NCBI GenBank assembly: GCA_964444095.1
Contig: CAYUEW010000002.1
Span: 1 to 39,298 of the forward strand
Direction: 5' to 3'
Source: Candidatus Woesearchaeota archaeon
Lineage (GTDB): Archaea; Nanobdellota; Nanobdellia; Pacearchaeales; GW2011-AR1
DNA length: 39,298 nucleotides
This document shows positions 25,121 to 31,198 of this stretch, piece by piece (position 1 is the first letter of the stretch; every line of letters starts with the position of its first letter). Both the position numbers and the translations under genes were made by a program. The notes under the pieces are model-generated. The model was not told the origin of the DNA and searched no databases. It saw only the letters and a program-made list of their open reading frames with translations.

Positions 25121-25840
25121 TTAAAGATTTTCTAAAACTTCTTTTTCTAAAAAATGCAATTTGCTTGGAAGGATTATACAATATGGTTTTCTGACATGTT
25201 CATATTCTTTTAATTCTTCAGGATATTTGTAAATTATTTTTCGTGTTTTCGTTCCCATCTGTGAACAGATAAGAAGTTTCTTCAATTTAATATCATATTT
25301 TTTAGCAGCAGTTTCAAGTTGAGTTAATGCATCTTGGAATTCCAAATCCATATCAATTAAAATTAAACTATGTGCTTTGATAGAAATATTTTCCTGTACA
25401 ATTTCCATAAAACTATCTGGTGTGAATTTCTTTTCCACATCCCATTTTGGCATGCTTGCTATCTTTCCAAATTTATAAGTTTGCAATCCTGTTTCAGCAA
25501 CAGCGTCTAAAATAGAAGCATTGTAAATGATTTTGTGTCGGATTCCATAATTCTTTGCTTCTTGTATTAAAGCAATATGTGTTGTAGCGGTGAGTGGACT
25601 TCCATAAACAAGAAGGGCAACATCCATTTTTTTAGCTTCATCTACAATTCCCAAACCCTCGACGAGTTCTCTATTCGCAGGGAAACTTTTCTTGCCAATT
25701 GTATGGTCTAATTCTTCTTTGCTGTAAGGAAAATCTACAGTATAATTTTCAAAATAAATCTTTTTGCACTTTTTAACAACTTCTAGTCCGTACTTTGAAA
25801 TTCCGTCAACATTCAGTCCAAGTCCGATTAAGTATAACAT
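25121..25840 (-). CDS. dphB: Diphthine synthase
   Basis: MLYLIGLGLNVDGISKYGLEVVKKCKKIYFENYT.. is the canonical diphthine synthase/tetrapyrrole-methylase N-terminus. I place the start at the Met at 25840, not the track's 25879, which removes the overlap with the upstream gene. Confidence 0.85.
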   Translation of the reverse strand: MLYLIGLGLNVDGISKYGLEVVKKCKKIYFENYTVDFPYSKEELDHTIGKKSFPANRELVEGLGIVDEAKKMDVALLVYGSPLTATTHIALIQEAKNYGIRHKIIYNASILDAVAETGLQTYKFGKIASMPKWDVEKKFTPDSFMEIVQENISIKAHSLILIDMDLEFQDALTQLETAAKKYDIKLKKLLICSQMGTKTRKIIYKYPEELKEYEHVRKPYCIILPSKLHFLEKEVLENL

Positions 25841-25862
25841 TTTAATAAGAAAAATTTTTAGT

Positions 25863-26501
25863 TTATAAACCCTCATCAAATCCCATAAATTTTTTCATCT
25901 CAGCGATGTTTTCTTCTTTTTTCTTTTGCCACAATTTTTTCGCGGATTTAGTGAAATATTTATGATTTTCTAAAGATTTAAGATATCCTTCGTACCATTT
26001 TGCTGAAGAAATTTTATTCCCTTCCCTCCTTCCTTCTAATTTTAATTGCTCTCGTTGTGTAAAAAAATCTCCACCCCCCAAATAACTTGAGTCTGCATCA
26101 CAAAGTATTTTTTGTAATTTTGTTTTTGGGTTAAATTTTTCAATAGATAAGAGAATGCCTTGGAGAGTTTTAATTTCGTTTGAGTTATATCCGAAGTTAG
26201 GCAATATATTTCCGACTAATTTCGCTCCTGCTTTTTCGTGATTTTTATTTCTGTACATATATCCTATATGAAGATATGCTGCTGCAGTTTTAGCAAGCGT
26301 AGTATCGTGAGGGTTCAATTTTTCTAATTTTGTTAAGGTTTCGGTGGCCTTTAATAATTCTTTCGTGTAATCAGCATTATGAAAACAGAGTGAATGGGGA
26401 AACAAGTTTATTTCTAAAAATGCATGTCTCTCTGCTTTAGAATAATCCAGGTTCATTGTTTTATTGAACAAGTTTTTCCCCCTATAAGTTTTTTCTTTCA
26501 T
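25863..26501 (-). CDS. HD-superfamily-like protein with degenerate HD dyad
   Basis: The pattern HSLCFHNADYT..(about 35 aa)..AAAYLHIGY..ILCDADSSYLGG follows the H..HD..D layout of HD phosphohydrolases. The HD position reads HI. Confidence 0.45.
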   Translation of the reverse strand: MKEKTYRGKNLFNKTMNLDYSKAERHAFLEINLFPHSLCFHNADYTKELLKATETLTKLEKLNPHDTTLAKTAAAYLHIGYMYRNKNHEKAGAKLVGNILPNFGYNSNEIKTLQGILLSIEKFNPKTKLQKILCDADSSYLGGGDFFTQREQLKLEGRREGNKISSAKWYEGYLKSLENHKYFTKSAKKLWQKKKEENIAEMKKFMGFDEGL

Positions 26502-26553
26502 TTTGTTACTATTCTCGCGGAGTATATAAGTCTTTCTTTTTTTTTTCGTAAAA

Positions 26554-26793
26554 TTATCTCTTTTTCAAACTTTTACTTGTGACAATTGCCATAAAAAGAA
26601 AACTAAAAAATAAAATGTCGTTTTGGATAACCAATCCTAAAAATCCCCCGCATAAACTAACGAGTATAATTGTCTTAAACCACTTTTGTCCTATTTTTGA
26701 TTCGTCATTTGTTTTTTTAGCTAAAAGGATTCCTACCGGAATGCCTACCAATAAAAACAATGTGCCAATAAGTAATCTCCCCATCTCTTGCAT
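26554..26793 (-). CDS. Small membrane protein (79 aa)
   Basis: Two or three hydrophobic helices and no recognisable motif. Confidence 0.45.
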   Translation of the reverse strand: MQEMGRLLIGTLFLLVGIPVGILLAKKTNDESKIGQKWFKTIILVSLCGGFLGLVIQNDILFFSFLFMAIVTSKSLKKR

Positions 26794-26829
26794 GATAATA
26801 TTTAATAAACCTGGTTTTTATATTTAAGT

Positions 26830-27657
26830 ATGTATCAAAAATATCTTATAGTTGCAAGCAAGAAAGACAAGGCAGGGATAAACATCACGACTCAACTTTC
26901 ACAATTTCGAGAGAATCCAGTGATAAGCTCAATGAAATCTGCGCCAAGTTTTGATTTTTATTTGTGTGAAGAAGAAATAATTTATACAGAGAATTTAGAT
27001 TTAGAAAAAATAAATCAATATGACTTTGTTATTTTTGCATCAAAGCATCAATCAGTGAAAAAAGAGAAAACTCTTTCTGTGCACGCACCAGGGAATTTTA
27101 GGACTGCTGATTTGGGTGGAGAAAAAGGAAAAGTTTGTAAGAGTTCTGCGTTATTTCAAAAACAAATGTTTGAAAAATTGAATGAGAATGTTAAAAAATA
27201 TGAATTAGATAAATATCAAGTTACACTTGAGTGCACTCACCACGGACCTTTAATTCAAAAGCCGTGCGTTTTTATTGAGATTGGTTCAACTGAAACAGAA
27301 TGGGAAGATAGGCGAGCAGCATTTGTCATAGCAAAAACTATCTCAGAAATAATTCAAGAATTCAAAGAAAACCCATATAATGAAGTTGCGGTCGGAATCG
27401 GAGGACCCCATTACTGTCCAAGTTTCAATAAAATTCAATTAAATTCAAATGTTGCTATTTCTCATGTCATTCCAAAATATGTTTTCCCCATAGGAGAAGA
27501 AGAGATTAAAGAAGTAATAGAAAAGACAGATGAGGAAGTTGATTTTGTTGTTTTAGATTGGAAAGGATTGGGCAAGGCAGAAGAACGACGGAGATTAATA
27601 AACATTCTTGAAAAAAATTATATCTCTTATAAGAAAACAAGTGAGATAGAAAAATAA
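26830..27657 (+). CDS. dtdA: D-aminoacyl-tRNA deacylase, archaeal type (DtdA/DTD2)
   Basis: 275 aa. The motifs SVHAPGNF, ECTHHGP and GGPHYCP are characteristic of the archaeal DTD2 family as I recall it. Confidence 0.7.
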   Translation: MYQKYLIVASKKDKAGINITTQLSQFRENPVISSMKSAPSFDFYLCEEEIIYTENLDLEKINQYDFVIFASKHQSVKKEKTLSVHAPGNFRTADLGGEKGKVCKSSALFQKQMFEKLNENVKKYELDKYQVTLECTHHGPLIQKPCVFIEIGSTETEWEDRRAAFVIAKTISEIIQEFKENPYNEVAVGIGGPHYCPSFNKIQLNSNVAISHVIPKYVFPIGEEEIKEVIEKTDEEVDFVVLDWKGLGKAEERRRLINILEKNYISYKKTSEIEK

Positions 27658-28098
27658 TTACTTTCTTCCCTTATTCTTCCAAGCTACAAAACCAAGTGCG
27701 ATAAGGTAAAGTATTCCTCCTAATTTTGGAACGAGAACAGATAGGCTTAACCATCCAGGATATTTTCTTTTTTCAAAAATTTTCCAAGTCCAAAGTATAA
27801 AGAAAACTGCATTTGCGACTGGAACTAAAATCATAAATCCCCAAGTCCACTTTTTCTTAAGTATCAAAGGGAGTAAAAAGAAATTTGCTATAGGAATCCA
27901 CGCCAACCAATATTTTTTGCATTTCAACTTTTTAGCAATTGTTGACCATGTAAGTGCAATATAAACATAAAGTGCAATTGAAGAAAGGACAGTAAATAAA
28001 ACACCTATTGCGATTATTGCTCCAGCGATTCCTCCAGAAAATGCACCAATTAGCATTTCTTCGTTTATCCCATTAATTAACATATCTTCAGTTATCAT
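27658..28098 (-). CDS. Multi-pass small membrane protein
   Basis: 146 aa with 4 predicted hydrophobic helices and a repeated WIPIANFF / LVPVANAVFF motif. Confidence 0.5.
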   Translation of the reverse strand: MITEDMLINGINEEMLIGAFSGGIAGAIIAIGVLFTVLSSIALYVYIALTWSTIAKKLKCKKYWLAWIPIANFFLLPLILKKKWTWGFMILVPVANAVFFILWTWKIFEKRKYPGWLSLSVLVPKLGGILYLIALGFVAWKNKGRK

Positions 28099-28201
28099 TC
28101 TCTTTTACAATTACAAAAAGAAAAAAGCATTTATATACTTTTTGAAAAAATTTATCAAGCCAAAGAAGGCGGACGAGATAAATTTGTTAGTATTTAATAA
28201 T

Positions 28202-29044
28202 TCAATCCCCGAACTTCCGAGTGATAAAATCCATAACTGGTTGAGATTTGAAAAGATTAGCAATCTCTCCTTTTTTCTTTCTTGCTTCAAATTCTCCTGC
28301 CCGAATTATTTCCTTGGTTTTTTTGAAATCTAAGAGATGATATCCTTTTAAGTTTGGTACAATAAAAATGTCAGAGTTTCGTTTAGAAAAATTTAACATA
28401 TGTTCATTGGACAACATAATTAAGAAAGATTTTAAGATAACTTTTGCAGTTGAAGGGAATTTTACATTATCTTTTTCATTAGAAATTTTTTCTAAGATAC
28501 TACCCGAAGTTTTGTCAGGGCCTGTACTAATAGAAATAATTTTATCTAATTTTTGTTCAAGTAGAATCTTAATAGGGATATTATTTTTAACTCCTCCATC
28601 CACTAAGATTCGTCCGTTTATTTTTGCAGGTTTAAGAATTCCTGGAATGGCCATACTCGCACTAATGGCTTTCGCTAAATTTCCTTTATTAAAAATCACT
28701 TCTTCTCCAGTCGTTACATCCACGCAATTAACATAAAGGGGAATCTTTAAGTCTTCAAAATTTTTATTTTTAAATAAAATGTTAAAATAATTTTCAAATT
28801 TATTTCCTTTTAATTTTCTGTTAAGAGAAACTTTTACTATCTCCTTTAAATTAAGTTTCTCGCTTATCTTTTCCATCTCTTTTCCAGAATAACCCAAGCA
28901 ATAGAAGGCTCCAATAATTGCTCCCATGCTACATCCAGAAACACAAGCGGGTTTTAGTTTTAATTTATCTAAAACTTTTATTACTCCGACATGTGCAAAT
29001 CCTCTGACTCCTCCGCCACTTAAAGCAAGACCAATTTTGTTCAT
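28202..29044 (-). CDS. Patatin-like phospholipase
   Basis: The oxyanion motif is GLALSGGGVRGFAHVGV, the nucleophile elbow is GCSMGA (GxSxG) and the catalytic Asp is in VDGGV. Confidence 0.85.
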   Translation of the reverse strand: MNKIGLALSGGGVRGFAHVGVIKVLDKLKLKPACVSGCSMGAIIGAFYCLGYSGKEMEKISEKLNLKEIVKVSLNRKLKGNKFENYFNILFKNKNFEDLKIPLYVNCVDVTTGEEVIFNKGNLAKAISASMAIPGILKPAKINGRILVDGGVKNNIPIKILLEQKLDKIISISTGPDKTSGSILEKISNEKDNVKFPSTAKVILKSFLIMLSNEHMLNFSKRNSDIFIVPNLKGYHLLDFKKTKEIIRAGEFEARKKKGEIANLFKSQPVMDFITRKFGD

Positions 29045-29074
29045 GAGAGTAGAATGGAGAACTAGTATAAAAAA

Positions 29075-29574
29075 TTATTGACTTTTTGTTAATAATTTTA
29101 ATCCTTCTAAAATAGATTTGGCATCTGAAAGTGCATTGTGGGCTTTCTTTTTGTTTTTTACTCCAAATCCCCCTATTATCGTTCCACTACTGAATTTGTT
29201 AACATCGATCCCCTTATTTTTGAAAATTTTTCTGACATCATAAAACTTTTTTATTGGTTTTGATTTTAATTTATCTAAAATTTTTATTTCTCCAGATTTC
29301 TTTTCTTCTCTTCTTTTTGTCTAATCTCTTTTGCTACCTTTAATAATAACTCGTCTAAATTTTTCCTCAATCTTCCTGTTTCTATTAATTTGCACTTTTC
29401 GCTTGGAGGTCCAGATAAAGACGGAATTTGCACGCAATATATAATAGAATATTCTTTTTCATTTTTAAGATAATATATTTCCCCAAGATATTTTGAATAT
29501 TTTTCAGTGGTCTCTAAATGGTAAGTCTTTTCATCCCATTTTTTTAGTTTCACTTTGATTTTTTTTTGTTTCAT
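29075..29574 (-). pseudogene. DEDDh (DnaQ-like) 3'-5' exonuclease gene split by a frameshift
   Basis: Frame A (29284-29574) carries an Exo I-like YHLETTEK..GEIYYL, with His where Asp is expected. A different frame with no start codon (29078 to about 29300) reads ..KKFYDVRKIF.. (Exo II-like) and ..KAHNALSDAKSILEGLKLL..* (Exo III H-x4-D). The frames switch in an A-rich run at about 29285-29300. Confidence 0.5.
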
Positions 29575-29645
29575 AAAAAAGTAACTAAAAAATACTTTTT
29601 AACCGTTTATGTTTTTAAACATATATTTTTAAGATTATGGTTTTA

Positions 29646-29724
29646 AACGCTCAGAGCAGGAACCTGTGAAACAGGTCCTTGTGCCCTCCTTGGGGTATCG
29701 AACAATAATGGGTTCGATTAAAAA
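29646..29724 (-). repeat. Degenerate tRNA-Ser 3'-half-like fragment immediately downstream of tRNA-Ser
   Basis: The minus strand ..ATACCCCAAGGAGGGCAC..CACAGGTTCCTGCTCTGAGCG parallels the tRNA-Ser variable arm (ACCCTTCGGGGTAC) and its T-arm/acceptor (GCAGGTTCGATTCCTGCTCTGGGCG), with a 5-nt loop deletion. No 5' half is present. Confidence 0.45.
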
Positions 29725-29805
29725 CGCCCAGAGCAGGAATCGAACCTGCGTACCCCGAAGGGTCCGGCTTAGCAAGCCGGTGCAATACCATTATGCGATC
29801 TGGGC
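29725..29805 (-). tRNA. tRNA-Ser (anticodon GCU), type II
   Basis: The hand fold is GCCCAGA-TC-GCAT-AATGGTA-TTGC-A-CCGGC-TTGCTAA-GCCGG, then a 14-nt variable arm, then GCAGG-TTCGATT-CCTGC-TCTGGGC-G. Length is 81 nt. Confidence 0.85.
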
Positions 29806-29809
29806 ATAT

Positions 29810-29872
29810 GTTCCAATCGCATTCGTTTATTGAACGAGAGGGATTTATCCCGACTATGCGATCTGGGCATAT
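29810..29872 (-). repeat. Terminus-duplication module at tRNA-Ser: 45-nt spacer plus exact 18-nt copy of the tRNA 5' end
   Basis: 29855-29872 is identical to 29792-29809 (tatgcgatctgggcatat). The spacer carries ccaatcgcat (29813-29822), the inverse of atgcgat..gg inside the repeat. It also has an internal GGGAT-AA-ATCCC hairpin. Confidence 0.6.
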
Positions 29873-29918
29873 TCTTATAGAAATAAAATCCTTTTAAATA
29901 TTACTCTAAAACAAAAAA

Positions 29919-29994
29919 TAGCGAGGGCGGGATTTGAACCACGCGACCTCCGGGTTATGGGCCCGACGAGCACTCCAGGCTGCTCCACCTCGCT
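29919..29994 (-). tRNA. Initiator tRNA-Met (anticodon CAU)
   Basis: There is an A1:U72 pair (AGCGAGG/CCTCGCT). Three G:C pairs close the anticodon stem (GGG/CCC). The loop is CCCATAA. The T-arm is GCG(T)GG-TTCAAAT-CCCGC with one bulged base in my fold. Confidence 0.8.
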
Positions 29995-30017
29995 ATAATA
30001 AGTCCATCAAAATTAAA

Positions 30018-30025
30018 TTTATAAA
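30018..30025. promoter_or_regulatory. Palindromic TATA-box candidate (TTTATAAA) between initiator tRNA and rnhB
   Basis: It lies 23 nt upstream of the tRNA 5' end on the minus strand and 21 nt upstream of the rnhB ATG on the plus strand. Both spacings fit archaeal TATA-to-TSS distances. The rnhB transcript would be near-leaderless. Confidence 0.35.
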
Positions 30026-30046
30026 GGTTATGAAATTGGACATTCT

Positions 30047-30712
30047 ATGTTAATACTCGGAATAGATGATGCAGGGAGAGGACCAGTAATAGGTCCAATG
30101 GTTCTGGCGGGTTGTTTGATAGATGAAAAGACAGAACAAGAATTCAAGAAATGGGGAGTAAAAGATAGCAAACAATTAACTCAGAAAAGACGAGAGTTCT
30201 TAGCAGAAAAAATAAGAGCGCAAGCAGAGACTTTTGAGATTGTGTTGGCTTCGCCAGAAGAGATAGATTTTGCAAACTCTAAGGGAGTCAACTTAAATGA
30301 TTTAGAAGCGCTGAAAACAGCAAAAATAATTAATAGGATAAATAAAGGTTTTAAAAAAATAAAGGTGGTGGTGGATTGCCCTTCAGTTAGTCTAGTAAAA
30401 TGGGGTGATTTTCTAAAAACAAAAATAAAGAACTTATCAAACCTAGAAGTTTATTGCGAACACAAGGCAGACCAAAATCACATCGCGGTTTCAGCGGCTT
30501 CAATTCTTGCAAAGGACACACGAGAAAAAGAAATGGATAAATTAAAAGAGATTTACGGAAAAGAAATTGGTTCTGGTTATTGTTCAGATCCTCTAACCTG
30601 CAAATTCCTCGAAAAACATTGTCAAAAATATGAAGATAAAGGAATTTTCAGAAAAACCTGGAGCACATGGAAAAAAATAATCGCAGGTTCTAAACAGAAA
30701 AAATTGTTTTAA
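30047..30712 (+). CDS. rnhB: Ribonuclease HII
   Basis: The N-terminus ILGIDDAGRGPVIGPMVLAG carries the catalytic DxxGRG motif. ..SAASILAK.. is also present. Length is 221 aa. Confidence 0.9.
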   Translation: MLILGIDDAGRGPVIGPMVLAGCLIDEKTEQEFKKWGVKDSKQLTQKRREFLAEKIRAQAETFEIVLASPEEIDFANSKGVNLNDLEALKTAKIINRINKGFKKIKVVVDCPSVSLVKWGDFLKTKIKNLSNLEVYCEHKADQNHIAVSAASILAKDTREKEMDKLKEIYGKEIGSGYCSDPLTCKFLEKHCQKYEDKGIFRKTWSTWKKIIAGSKQKKLF

Positions 30713-30717
30713 AATTA

Positions 30718-31092
30718 TTATTTATTTTTACTAGCGTAAGCATTTTCTAATTTTTCACGTAACGCCTTTCTCTGGTCTTTCCACGCGTCTTTTTTAGGAT
30801 CCCAGTCATCTAAACTAAGCATTTTTTTTGATTCTTTGAGATAAGATTCTAATAAAGAAATATCTTCAGAGATAATTGTTCCAGGATACCTTTGAGCATA
30901 TGATTTATCTTCATCTTTAAGGGGATTAATTTTTGGTTGGCCATATGCGATTCTTGCTATAACATCCATTAAAGAAATATCTTCATATTTTTCTACTAAA
31001 GTTTTGCTTCCTAATTGCGGGATAATTGCCCTGTTTTCTGTAAGATAAGCAAGTTCTGAATTATCTGTTCTTCGTTTTACAAAATATAACAT
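30718..31092 (-). CDS. Hypothetical protein (124 aa)
   Basis: A clean ORF divergent from the SMC-like gene, with no recognisable motif. Confidence 0.45.
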   Translation of the reverse strand: MLYFVKRRTDNSELAYLTENRAIIPQLGSKTLVEKYEDISLMDVIARIAYGQPKINPLKDEDKSYAQRYPGTIISEDISLLESYLKESKKMLSLDDWDPKKDAWKDQRKALREKLENAYASKNK

Positions 31093-31198
31093 ACTATTTC
31101 ATCGTACATCTGTTTATAAAAATTATTGCGATAAAATAGCATTGTTGAAAGTTGATGGGTTTCTCAAACTTTAAAAATCTCCTTTCTTTATTTTCTTC

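Noticed and set aside
28142-28736. Plus-strand ORFs 28142-28333 and 28368-28736
   Set aside because: They are antisense to the well-supported patatin-like phospholipase gene.
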